A stretch of DNA of 59,702 bases, the filler included. It is 5 parts of 5 records of this genome, joined end to end, with 100 filler letters (N's around TTAATTAATTAA, not from the genome) between each part and the next. Parts side by side here need not be neighbours in the genome. Positions count along the whole stretch, not along the records: positions 9,397 to 28,950 come from SRR31147125_1681; positions 29,051 to 39,521 come from SRR31147125_1703; 3 more parts are not named here. One strand, written 5' to 3'. A program made the translations under genes and the position numbers. The notes under the pieces are model-generated. The model was given only the letters and a program-made list of their open reading frames with translations. It had not been told where the DNA came from and ran no database searches. Below, one piece after another: positions 24,601 through 33,820 of the stretch. The stretch's first letter is position 1, and the number at the start of each line of letters is the position of its first letter.

Positions 24601-24785
24601 TCTCTCGGAGCAACAAGACATTCTCTTTCGTAATCGTCAAAAAACAAGAGCAATTCATCACAAGGAATGAGCTTGCTTATTATTTTTTTCGCATGTCGAA
24701 ATGCTTCAGCCGTATCAGCTATAAGTGAAACCGCAGCTGAGAGACTGAATAATTGCTCAAGGTTGTCATCACTAAGAAGATTCAT
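21696..24785 (-). CDS. Cytoplasmic multi-GAF (plus PAS) sensor histidine kinase
   Basis: Several GAF-like segments (ELIVPI...LGCLYL; LASVPLKI...WG; FASHIAIAIENA); H-box VSHDLKSP; FTNLISNGIKF; VRDNGIGI; GTGVGLAIV. No TM segment seen. Confidence 0.88.
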   Translation of the reverse strand: MNLLSDDNLEQLFSLSAAVSLIADTAEAFRHAKKIISKLIPCDELLLFFDDYERECLVAPREINNLSEIDTKEITIPYNDPLANKLLLSRLTITRASTTNPVLPYMQNELIVPIISPESVLGCLYLGRRVNSTFNLREKMFAEHMSSILEMPIERLRWEERWQRSRRTSQRWHEKYLAILESLPFPATIVDLSNDSFGDANSKFLKLIQLRRQQLAETNVSDIFRLPEPLSSLSKEKVQYEGAVELVKKKKTGKIDARFMRVKTVSSMRYLALFQTDTSISRETANEDWVSQFLTACDHISSKASYQDALLNPARVIAERHDAAFVTVHVFDAEEEFNLSAAYKYDSGEIYQPTEQVRAGLAEGPFNNIVKSEQCYFVDDVETTSSFAPWLPVARRLGYRTLASVPLKISNKSWGLCTVFKEKPCVWSKQTVRDLKNMAHVLAYLIYEKELFSEFAEQSHQIAVLDEITKAVNIRKDVYEIIEIAALQLKKIVCFDYLSFTLFYESGQEAEIIDLASMNVKKRLNSNWSWHEIPAKGLGWVSPLPSSNEKMAGMLPARPGGMPSSMPSHTSVLLLSRDNYVGNCALGRLSDRPFSRMEVQFLRQFASHIAIAIENALQYQKMLSRVEEKSAATQVDSIGINSLEFDEIKQNICKFTKTALNTSLCDIIWFDTRTEVSELFLWMPESLSRQLSLEKLDHYIEIVERDQITSVFDSPKKFVEQLCVAGLDPRHLQLFQPFIISPVIHEEHLIAVIVIAWEQGRRISDHDIEVITKMTDEARDALANSNLHRQSLQKIEELERFVYSVSHDLKSPIQSIKSFTSLIKEEVGSHLPEHPLNYFQRISANLDQMEKLVTDLLDLSRLGRSTARFKNHLAAGIVRDAMDSLAGLFKSGEIQFNIAPELPQIYCDRTQMVQVFTNLISNGIKFTKGCSNPTIDIGCHEFRKYYEFFVRDNGIGIAPEIQDKIFGLFHTRTKNEDDAGTGVGLAIVKKVLELHRGDIVVESTPGKGAQFNFTIPKVSLKQDDFWDGI

Positions 24786-24936
24786 CGATTTTTCAATATA
24801 AATAAAGACTGGATGTATCGATTTGACTCGGATATCACATTGATTAGAACTATATGTTGAATGAAAGCGGCAACAAGGTCATAACCCCAATCCTCCCGTT
24901 GTCAGCCGGCTAATCAAAGTGTGCTCATTTGTAAAA

Positions 24937-25941
24937 TCATGGTTTATCACCTTCCTCGATGAGTTTTATGGCGTCCTGAACAACAACTTTAATTGCATCA
25001 GATACCCCCAGTGAGAGCATGGCACCAGAAGCAAATTTATGCCCTCCACCACCAAACTTGCCTGCTAATCCATTAATTGGTATTTGGCCCTTGGATCGAA
25101 AACTAACCTTTGTTTTATTCAAAGATTTTTCAATGAACATAAGGCTAATTTCAACACCCTCTATACTTCTGGGTAGCTCTGAAAAACCTTCCGCTTCCCA
25201 TAGTTCAGCGCCTGTATCCCGTAACAACTGTTCACTGAGAACAAACCATGCCAATTTTCCGGAACATCCAAAATGCATATTTGCGAGAAGATGCCCTTTA
25301 AGAACCGAGCGATTTTGAGAATTACTTTCAAACACAAATCGGTAAATCTTTTTAAATTCAGCACCCAGCTCCAGTAAATCCGCTGCAACACGATGTGTAG
25401 CAGAAGTGGTGTTTGAAAATCGAAATGAGCCAGTATCCGTTAAAATGCACGTATAAAGAGCGTTTACAATGGATTTTGACATTTCAGCATGCGAATCCAT
25501 TAAAAATTCGTAAAGCATTTCACCCGTAGACGATGCTAGCTGATCTGATACCTGTACCGGACCCATGGTATCTGTTGGAATATGATGATCGATGCAGGCA
25601 ACGGGTATATTATATTGTTGAATAGCTTCACCAACCTCAAATAGTCGTGCCCAGTCACTTATATCCACAACGATGACACCATCCAGTTTCTCAATGATGG
25701 ATGTATGCTCTTTAGGATCATATTGTACTATTTTTTGATCCGGGTCTAAAAAGTTAAAAAATGCCGGGGTTTTATCACAATTTATCAGATAAACATTTTT
25801 ATTCAAGTCACTTAAATAGTGATACAGCGCCATTTGAGAACCAATCGCATCTCCATCCGGATTGACATGCGTGGTAATCAATATGTTCTGCTTATTGTTT
25901 ATAAATTCTTTTACTGCATTCCAATTATTACGGATAAGCAT
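24937..25941 (-). CDS. nrnA: DHH family phosphoesterase (oligoribonuclease/pAp phosphatase NrnA-like)
   Basis: THVNPDGDAIGS; IDHH; ILTDTGSFRF; VSFRSKG; FGGGGHKFASG. Confidence 0.9.
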   Translation of the reverse strand: MLIRNNWNAVKEFINNKQNILITTHVNPDGDAIGSQMALYHYLSDLNKNVYLINCDKTPAFFNFLDPDQKIVQYDPKEHTSIIEKLDGVIVVDISDWARLFEVGEAIQQYNIPVACIDHHIPTDTMGPVQVSDQLASSTGEMLYEFLMDSHAEMSKSIVNALYTCILTDTGSFRFSNTTSATHRVAADLLELGAEFKKIYRFVFESNSQNRSVLKGHLLANMHFGCSGKLAWFVLSEQLLRDTGAELWEAEGFSELPRSIEGVEISLMFIEKSLNKTKVSFRSKGQIPINGLAGKFGGGGHKFASGAMLSLGVSDAIKVVVQDAIKLIEEGDKP

Positions 25942-28123
25942 CAACTCCCTGTAATTGTCTTTTGTGAAATGATGACATTCTCATTAATATCATATGCCTT
26001 TATCGAAAGTTCTGCAGGCAATTTTTCTTTTGGTATACGAATTTCAAAATTTTCCACTTTTGAATCATTTATTTGGTCAATCGGGTATAGCGACTTCCAC
26101 CCATCAACATCTATACTATAAAACACTTTGGAGACCTTGCTAAATTCATCAGATATAGTAAAACCCTGTACTATATCATTTGACATATCTTTTTGTTTCA
26201 AATGAGTAATTCTTGGCGGAGAATTATCAATAATAAATAAATTACTTACTTTCTCACCGTTCAGACAAAGATCCGCCGGATTACCAGGGGAATCATTGGC
26301 AACAACTTTTATCTGATATTCCCCGTCACTCATTTGCGAACTATCCCATGAATTATAATTGCTCTTTAAATTAGTTACCAGACTCTTCCACTTGTTTTGC
26401 CCTGTTTTTCTGTAAAAAACATCAAAAATCAATCCATCAAAATTTGGATCTTCAAACATCCAATCCACACTCCTAAAGCCTTTTTTAAACTCACTTTTGG
26501 GCAAAGGCATTGGATAAACCAAACCGGCTTCTCCCTGAGTCGGATTTGTGATATTTATACCCGTACTTGCTTTATTGTCATAATAATCACCGGGTTTGTG
26601 AATCACAACAGTGGATATGCTGGGAGGTAAATTCTTTTGTAAATAAGAAACAGAAACCTCTTTGATAAATCTTTCTTGCGACATATCCCCTTTAATTTCA
26701 CATTTCCATTGAATAAATCTTGCAGCTGGACTACTTATTTGTAAAATATTATCGTCCGTACGTTTTACCTTCTGCCATGGGCTCCATGTTTTTCAGGGCG
26801 TTCAGTGTTACCAGACCGGGTAAAAAACTGCACGTGATCCGAAACAAATGTTCCTTGCCAACTTAATACGCCCCATCTGGATTGCGATCCACTATCAATG
26901 GTTTCTGACTCAAAACGTGCATCCGTAGCAGAGTTGAAATTTATTTGATAACATCTGCCCATGTTTGATGTGCACATAAAAATCTTGTTACTCGCCGACA
27001 TATAAAGATTGGTGATTTGAGACTCATCCGAATCAAGAATAAGAGAAAATTCTCCATCCTGACTCATTTTATAAAGATTGCCATGATTACCCGTGCCTAT
27101 CCACAGCATATCCTTATCATCCATCGTTAAGGATTGAATATGATCATCATCCACGTCCCAAACATCACGCGCATAACCATCCTTATCAATACTAAAAAGA
27201 GAGGTTCGCACTTTTGACAATCGCGATATACCCTCAGGTATAAAGGATTGAGGACTCAATGAAACTTCGCCCGAACCGGTACTGCCTGACTGTCCATTAC
27301 CCGATGTCTTTTGCGACGATTTTTCTGTTCCCCTTGAAATATCCTCTACCGTACGACCACCTGGCTCTCCAAAAGCGGCCGCATATATAGTGCCTGTGGA
27401 AGAAATAGCTATGCTGTGCACTTCATACAATTGAGTATCAAAAAGAACAAATGGTTTATTATCCTTAAGAAATTTATATACATAACCGTTACCGCCAGTT
27501 CCCGCGTAAAGGTTATTTTGACTATCAATAGCCAGGCAGCGGAAATGCTTTTGTTCAGATTGATAAATCAATGTACTGGCACCGCCAGGGGTAATTCGAT
27601 ATATCTTTGCCTCTTCACCTGCTGCGACAAGAAGATTGCCGTTTTTTTCAAAAAGAATATCCCATATATATATATCGTCCGGATCAAAGAAAACTTTACT
27701 TTCCCCCTGCGCTGATATTTTATAGACCTTACCTCTGGGTGAGGTCGCAACGTATAAATTATCCTTATTATCAATAGCCAGAGAATAAATTTCTAATTCT
27801 GCCGCATCGAAAAACAATGTACTGTCACCTTTGGTCGATATTTTATACACACGCCCATCATTCCCGGTACCCAAATACACATTTTCTTTACTATCAACTG
27901 CAACATCCCACACAAAGGGATCCCCTGTATCAATTTTTTGTTGTTTTTGCGGTGCTAATGTCAATTTTCCTTCTGAAAGGATGGAAACATTATCCAAAGT
28001 TCCACGCTGAAATTGGCTAAATGTACTAAATGTTTGCACCCGGGGTGACGAACCATAAACAAACGTACCTTGTATTAGGAAACAAAAAAATAGCATAAAA
28101 ATAAAAGAAATACTTTTTTTCAT
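25941..28123 (-). CDS. Secreted beta-propeller protein with C-terminal fibronectin-III/Ig-like region (frameshift in A-run near 26790)
   Basis: Signal peptide; blades such as VWDVAVDSKENVYLGTGNDGRVYKI and IYSLAIDNKDNLYVATSPRGKVYKI. TRSGNTERPEK(T)WSPW...SPAARFIQWK links to ORF 25941-26684 (DGEYQIKVVANDSP, IDNSPP). Confidence 0.75.
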
Positions 28124-28261
28124 TAAAATAAATCCTGTTTTGAAATCAAATTTTCTTTATAAAACGTCATTTCATCTCGTTTCAAACACTTTATCAATAA
28201 AATAAAAAACAGCAGAAAAGAGTAAAATAACAGCTGTGACTTTTTCCGCAAAAAACAATTT

Positions 28262-28950
28262 TTACCATTGCATTTGCTGCCGCTGGTTATTTTCTTCCAT
28301 ATCAGGCAAAACAGCCTTTTTAGGACGAATAACCCGGACACGCAACTGTTTGGCGCCTTTTACAACATAATCTGTAGGAATGACATCTTCAAATATGACT
28401 CGATCCCGCAATCTCCTGTTAGCACCAGCCCCTCGTTGCGAATCCATAACAGTCAAAACAGATGGTGGAAGTTCTGTAAATTCTTCACCTTCTATCATCA
28501 TCCCATTATCCCGCGCTCTAATTTGAATATAGATATTATTATTTTTTCGTCTTCTTTCAAGAATGGATAAAAGATTATCAAAATTAACAGGACGAAATTT
28601 GTCAGGATTGGATCTCAACTCATATTGTGTTAGAGAGCGGGCACTGGACACAATGATGGTTAATCGGTCCGTGTCAATTCTCTCTGGTAGTGTAAACGTT
28701 CTCGCAAAGTCAAGCTCTTTACCTTTTGTTGTTTTCAGGCGAAGATTTAAACGTAAAGACTCTCCTGGTTTTATTTCTGTCTTGTCCTGTCTGACCGTAT
28801 GGATTTTTGCAACTCGCTCTCCAGGAAGGATTTTGGTGGATAAATCTATTTTTTTTATTCCAGGCGGGTTAAAATCATTAACCATTAAAACACCCGCAAT
28901 GCCTGCAACAAGATCACCAGCGCTGGATGCCTCTGCGCCAGGCATAAAAA
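28262..28950 (-). CDS. C-terminal part of a SpoIVB/peptidase S55 domain-containing protein (truncated)
   Basis: LMVNDFNP...IKPGESLRLNLRL...RRKNNNIYI...GEEFTELPPSVLTVM...IPTDYVVKG resembles the C-terminus of non-sporulation S55 proteins. The catalytic domain is not in the window. Confidence 0.6.
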
Positions 28951-29050
28951 NNNNNNNNNNNNNNNNNNNNNNNNNNNNNNNNNNNNNNNNNNNNTTAATT
29001 AATTAANNNNNNNNNNNNNNNNNNNNNNNNNNNNNNNNNNNNNNNNNNNN
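28951..29050. other. Artificial contig linker
   Basis: N44-TTAATTAATTAA-N44. Confidence 0.99.
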
Positions 29051-29173
29051 AAAAAGTAATAGAGATAAATGATTTAACTTTAAGAGAAGAGCTTTTGACA
29101 TTAAAACTGTTGGAAGAAAGAAAAAAATTATCCGATGAAATGATAGATAAAATAATAAACAAAGGGGAAAGAA

Positions 29174-30694
29174 ATGGAAATTAGACAAGATAAAATAAAT
29201 AATACTGTTTGGAATGCATGTGATACATTTAGAGGAGTTATAAGTTCGAATCAATATAAAGATTATATATTAGTAATGCTATTTATCAAATATTTAAGCG
29301 ATACATATAAAGAGCATTTAGAAGATTATACTGAAAAATATAATGGCGATGCAAAGAGAGTGGAAAGGGCGATGAAGCGTGAAAAATTCTTGCTAGATGA
29401 AACTTGTACATTTGATTATTTATATGAAAATAGAAATGCCGAAAATATAGGAGAAATTATAAATAAAGCATTAGATAAAATTGAAGAAAGTAATAAGTTA
29501 AAATTAGAAGGTGTTTTTAGAAGTATTGATTTTAATAATGAAAATTTACTAGGAAAAACAAAAGAGAGAAATAATATGCTAAAAACACTACTTGATGATT
29601 TTAATGATGAAGAGTTAGATTTAAGACCAAGTAGGTTAGGTAATCATGATATTATTGGAAATGTTTATGAATATTTAATTGCAAAGTTTGCAAGTGATGC
29701 TGGACAAAAGGGTGGAGAATTTTTTACTCCTTCAGAAGTATCTGAATTGTTGGCAACATTAGTAAAACCTAAGAGTGGAGAAAGAATATATGATCCCACA
29801 TGTGGATCTGGATCTTTACTAATCAAAGCAGCTCGAAAAGTAGAAGATAGAAACTTTAGTTTATATGGACAGGAAAGAAACGGAGGAACACAGGCACTAT
29901 GTAAAATGAACATGTTCCTACACGATATAGATGATGCTAAAATTAAATGGGGAGATACTATCGCAAATCCCCTTCACCTTGAAAACGATAAATTAATGAA
30001 ATTTGATGTAGTTGTAGCTAATCCTCCATTTTCATTAGATAAATGGGCAAATGGTTTTGCTAGCGGAAATGATGAGAAATTTAAATTTGAAGCAAGCATG
30101 GATAAATATAAAAGGTTTTTAAGAGGAGTTCCACCAAAATCAAAAGGCGATTATGCTTTCATCCTTCATATGATAGAGAGTTTAAATGAAGATGGAAGAG
30201 CAGGAGTAGTATTACCACATGGTGTTTTATTTAGAGGTTCTGGAGAGGGAAAAATTAGGAAGAAGTTAATTGATGAAGATAATATCCTAGATGCTGTAAT
30301 AGGTTTACCTGAAAACCTTTTTTACGGAACAGGAATTCCTGCTGTTGTTCTAATATTCAAGAAAAATAGAAAAACAAAAGATATTTTGTTTATAGATGCA
30401 AGTAATGAATTCTCAAAAGAAAAGAACCAGAATAAATTAAGACAAGAAAATATTGATAAAATATTAAAAACATATAATGAATATGAAACAAAAGAGAAAT
30501 ATTCGTATGTAGCTTCTATTGATGATATCAAGGAAAATGACTATAATTTAAATATTCCACGATATGTAGATACATTTGAAGAGGAAGAACCTGTTAATAT
30601 GGAAGAGGTAAAATTAAACATTATTAAAATAGAAGATGAGCTAAAAGATATTAAATCGAAAATGAATAAATATCTTGAAGATTTAGGACTTTAA
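29174..30694 (+). CDS. hsdM: Type I restriction-modification methyltransferase subunit M (m6A)
   Basis: WNACDTFRG; GGEFFTPSEV; IYDPTCGSGSLL; VVANPPF; LPHGVLFRG; DYNLNIPRYV. Confidence 0.97.
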   Translation: MEIRQDKINNTVWNACDTFRGVISSNQYKDYILVMLFIKYLSDTYKEHLEDYTEKYNGDAKRVERAMKREKFLLDETCTFDYLYENRNAENIGEIINKALDKIEESNKLKLEGVFRSIDFNNENLLGKTKERNNMLKTLLDDFNDEELDLRPSRLGNHDIIGNVYEYLIAKFASDAGQKGGEFFTPSEVSELLATLVKPKSGERIYDPTCGSGSLLIKAARKVEDRNFSLYGQERNGGTQALCKMNMFLHDIDDAKIKWGDTIANPLHLENDKLMKFDVVVANPPFSLDKWANGFASGNDEKFKFEASMDKYKRFLRGVPPKSKGDYAFILHMIESLNEDGRAGVVLPHGVLFRGSGEGKIRKKLIDEDNILDAVIGLPENLFYGTGIPAVVLIFKKNRKTKDILFIDASNEFSKEKNQNKLRQENIDKILKTYNEYETKEKYSYVASIDDIKENDYNLNIPRYVDTFEEEEPVNMEEVKLNIIKIEDELKDIKSKMNKYLEDLGL

Positions 30695-30704
30695 GAGGTG
30701 TCAT

Positions 30705-31544
30705 ATGGGAGATATAAAGAATTATAATCAAAAGTTATTTGAAGACATAAAAAATATAAATGAATACGACATGGAATTTTGGTATGCAAGAGATTTACAG
30801 CAGGTACTAGAGTATAAAGAGTGGCGTAACTTTAATAAAGTAATAGATAAGGCAAAAGAAGCTTGTGAGAATAGTAAAAACACTATCTTAGACCATTTTG
30901 TTGAGGTCAACAAAATGGTACAAATTGGTTCAGGAGCAGAGAGAGAAGTCAAGGATATTATGCTTTCTAGGTATGCTTGTTATCTGATTGTGCAGAATGG
31001 AGATCCTAGAAAAGAAGTTATAGCATTAGGACAGACATACTTTGCAGTTCAAACGAGAAAACAAGAGATACAAGATAACTTTAATAAACTTGATGAAGAT
31101 AGAAAAAGGTTGGCTATTAGGCGAGAGTTAAAAGAGCATAATAAGGATTTAGCTGAAGCTGCTAAAAATGCAGGGATAGAAACTCCTTTGGAATATGCAC
31201 AATTTCAAAATTATGGGTATATGGGATTATACGGAGGGCTAAGAGCCAAAGATATTCATAAGAAAAAAGGCTTAAACAAGAGTGAAAGAATTTTAGACCA
31301 TATGGGAAGTACTGAATTAGCAGCTAATTTGTTCCGAGCTACTCAAGCAGAAGAAAAATTAAAAAGAGAGAATATACAATGTAAAAGTGAAGCAAATAAA
31401 ACTCATTTTGAAGTAGGGAAAAAAGTTAGAGAAACTATAGAGGAGCTTGGTGGAACTATGCCAGAAAATTTACCTACACCTGATAAATCTATTAAGCAAA
31501 TAGAAAAAGAGCAGAAGAAAATTGAAGGTAAGGTGGAAGAATGA
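30705..31544 (+). CDS. dinD: DNA damage-inducible protein D family
   Basis: FWYARDLQQVLEYKEWRNF...LSRYACYLIVQNGDPRKEVIALGQTYFAVQTRKQE...ILDHMGSTELAANLFRATQ...GGTMPENLPTP. Confidence 0.93.
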   Translation: MGDIKNYNQKLFEDIKNINEYDMEFWYARDLQQVLEYKEWRNFNKVIDKAKEACENSKNTILDHFVEVNKMVQIGSGAEREVKDIMLSRYACYLIVQNGDPRKEVIALGQTYFAVQTRKQEIQDNFNKLDEDRKRLAIRRELKEHNKDLAEAAKNAGIETPLEYAQFQNYGYMGLYGGLRAKDIHKKKGLNKSERILDHMGSTELAANLFRATQAEEKLKRENIQCKSEANKTHFEVGKKVRETIEELGGTMPENLPTPDKSIKQIEKEQKKIEGKVEE

Positions 31545-32734
31545 GACAAGATATTAGAGAAAGAATAGAGCAGATACAAAGAGGAGAGGTTCCAGAGGGG
31601 TATAAGAAGACAAAAGTTGGGATTATTCCAAAAGATTGGGATTGTGAATTAGGTAAAAATATATTTATACATAAAAAAAGTAAAGGTAGAGCTGGAATTC
31701 CAGTTTATTCAGTTACATTGGATAGGGGATTGGTACTTAGGGATTCTTTAGACAGAAAAATGGCACCTGATTTACCAGCTGAGAAAAGTCTTTTAGTTGA
31801 GAAAGATGAGCTTGTTTATAATATGATGCGTATGTGGCAGGGAGCTTATGATTATGCTAAAGATCCTGGTTTGGTTAGTCCAGCATATGTTGTTGTCAAA
31901 GGAAGGGAAGATATAAACATAAAGTATATTTATTATTTGCTAAGATTAGAGCAATATCAATACTATTTAAAGGCGTATTCATTTGGAATAACTGGAGATA
32001 GATTACGTTTATATTTTAAAGATTTTGCAGATATTTATTTTATAGTTCCATCGTATAAAGAACAAGAAAGAATAATAAAAATCTTAACAACTTTGGATAA
32101 AGCAATTGGAAAACAAGATGAGCTTATTAAGTTAAAGCAAAAACAGAAAAAAGGACTTATGCAGGAGCTTTTGAGTGGGAAGAAGAGGTTAGATGGATTT
32201 AGTTCTGAGTGGAAAAAAATATCATTTGAGAAAGTATTTTCAAAAATAGCAGTAAAGAAAAACCAAATCAAATCATTAGAATATGAAACTGAAGGAACAT
32301 ACCCAGTAATAGATCAAGGAAAGAAAAAAATAGTTGCATATAGTAATAATGATAGTAAAGTATTTGAATGTCCAAAAAAAGGTATCGTGGTTTTCGGTGA
32401 TCACACAAGGGAATTGAAGTTTATAGATTTTAATTTCATTGTTGGTGCAGATGGAACACAAGTATTAGAAACGAATAAAAAATATAATATAAAGTTTTTT
32501 TATTATAAATTACTATTAAAAAAAATACCAAATACAGGATATAACAGGCATTTCAAATATTTAAAAGAAATGATATTCTCAACTCCAGAGTTAGAAGAAC
32601 AAAAAGCAATAGCAGAAATATTATCAACAGCAGATAAAGAGATTGAATTACTTGAGAAAGAACTGGAGCAGATGAAGAAACAGAAGAAGGGGTTAATGCA
32701 GTTGTTATTGACAGGGATAGTTAGGGTAAATTAA
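31541..32734 (+). CDS. hsdS: Type I restriction-modification specificity subunit S
   Basis: Two target-recognition domains, each followed by a conserved helix: PSYKEQERIIKIL...KKGLMQELLSG and PELEEQKAIAEILS...KKGLMQLLLTG. N-terminal EGYKKTKVGIIPKDW. Confidence 0.95.
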   Translation: MRQDIRERIEQIQRGEVPEGYKKTKVGIIPKDWDCELGKNIFIHKKSKGRAGIPVYSVTLDRGLVLRDSLDRKMAPDLPAEKSLLVEKDELVYNMMRMWQGAYDYAKDPGLVSPAYVVVKGREDINIKYIYYLLRLEQYQYYLKAYSFGITGDRLRLYFKDFADIYFIVPSYKEQERIIKILTTLDKAIGKQDELIKLKQKQKKGLMQELLSGKKRLDGFSSEWKKISFEKVFSKIAVKKNQIKSLEYETEGTYPVIDQGKKKIVAYSNNDSKVFECPKKGIVVFGDHTRELKFIDFNFIVGADGTQVLETNKKYNIKFFYYKLLLKKIPNTGYNRHFKYLKEMIFSTPELEEQKAIAEILSTADKEIELLEKELEQMKKQKKGLMQLLLTGIVRVN

Positions 32735-32770
32735 TTAACATCGGGATTTAAGTTGAAAGGGAGAAGTATA

Positions 32771-32976
32771 ATGCAAGAGTTAATTCTTCAAATTTATATG
32801 CAGTTGGATATAATGAAGCAAATCAAACGTTAACGATAAAATTTCATAGTGGAGCTGTGTATGAATATTATGGAGTTCCCAAAATGGTCTATGAAAATTT
32901 ATTAAGTTCGGGCTCAAAAAGAAGCTTTGCAGCTAGAAATATTTATAAGAAATATAGACAAAGAAAAATAAGATAA
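32771..32976 (+). CDS. KTSC domain small protein (not in the ORF track; needs one extra base in the A-run at about 32775)
   Basis: SD AAAGGGAG then ATG 32771. The frame from 32776 reads RVNSSNLYAVGYNEANQTLTIKFHSGAVYEYYGVPKMVYENLLSSGSKRSFAARNIYKKYRQRKIR*, matching the KTSC pattern VxSSxxxxVGYxxxxxxLxIxFxxGxxYxYxxVPxxVYxxL. Confidence 0.82.
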
Positions 32977-33082
32977 AGTTAATTTAAATTTAATAGCTGA
33001 TAACGATTGTTGTCAGTCTTTATATCTAAAATAAAGGAGAAAAAGATAGCAATAAAAAAATATCTAGAAAGAGGTTTAAAAA

Positions 33083-33820
33083 TTGGAAAATTTAAAACTA
33101 TATAAAGATTTAATTCCATTGCTAACTTTGCTAGGAGCAATGAGTATTTATGTTTATAATTTGAATCAAAGAACTTTTTTAATGGAGTTAGAAGCTTTGA
33201 ATACTGATAGATTTGATAAATTTATTCCATGTTATTTGATTATTTTGGGAATTTTATTTTTTAACTTTATGTTTAGCGGAGTATCTATCGAGAAAATCAT
33301 TTTATTTATTATTCTGGTAGTGATTTTCGTTATTAATAATTATAAAATTAAGAAATATGAAAAGTTTAAAAAACAACTTTACTATTCTTCTAAAAACTAT
33401 AAAGAAATACTAGAGGAATGCCCCTTTAAAAATAATAAGTTTTTTAGTGTGATACCCTTAATTTTTTTTATTATTTTTATAAGCTTATTTAAATTTAATG
33501 TTTTCAGTTTTCAAAAGAGTATTGCTGATATTGGGTTTACAGTTCTTTTAATAATGTCTTGGGGAGTATTTATTATATTTGTGGCGATGATAGAACAAGA
33601 GAAAAGTTTTAGAAATTTTCAGTACTTTACTTTCAGAGGAAAAGGAATAGAAAAAGTGTTTAATCATGAAAAAATCGGAGCATATTTAATCGGAAGAACA
33701 AAGGAATACTATTTGATTAAACCTGATAATGAGTTAGTACAGAAATTGTCAATAAGTGAAGTACAAGCAATTAATATAGGATTAAAGAAAGGTGTAATTT
33801 ATGGAGAGGAATCCGAATAA
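33083..33820 (+). CDS. Hypothetical multi-pass membrane protein inside the RM operon
   Basis: 245-aa ORF with a TTG start after AGAGGT, about five hydrophobic helices and a soluble beta-rich C-terminus. Its 3' end overlaps the hsdR start by 20 nt. Confidence 0.75.
   Translation: MENLKLYKDLIPLLTLLGAMSIYVYNLNQRTFLMELEALNTDRFDKFIPCYLIILGILFFNFMFSGVSIEKIILFIILVVIFVINNYKIKKYEKFKKQLYYSSKNYKEILEECPFKNNKFFSVIPLIFFIIFISLFKFNVFSFQKSIADIGFTVLLIMSWGVFIIFVAMIEQEKSFRNFQYFTFRGKGIEKVFNHEKIGAYLIGRTKEYYLIKPDNELVQKLSISEVQAINIGLKKGVIYGEESE

Noticed and set aside
31541-32734. Phase-variable (shufflon-type) hsdS
   Set aside because: There is only one hsdS, no recombinase and no silent TRD copy. The internal similarity is the normal duplicated conserved region.
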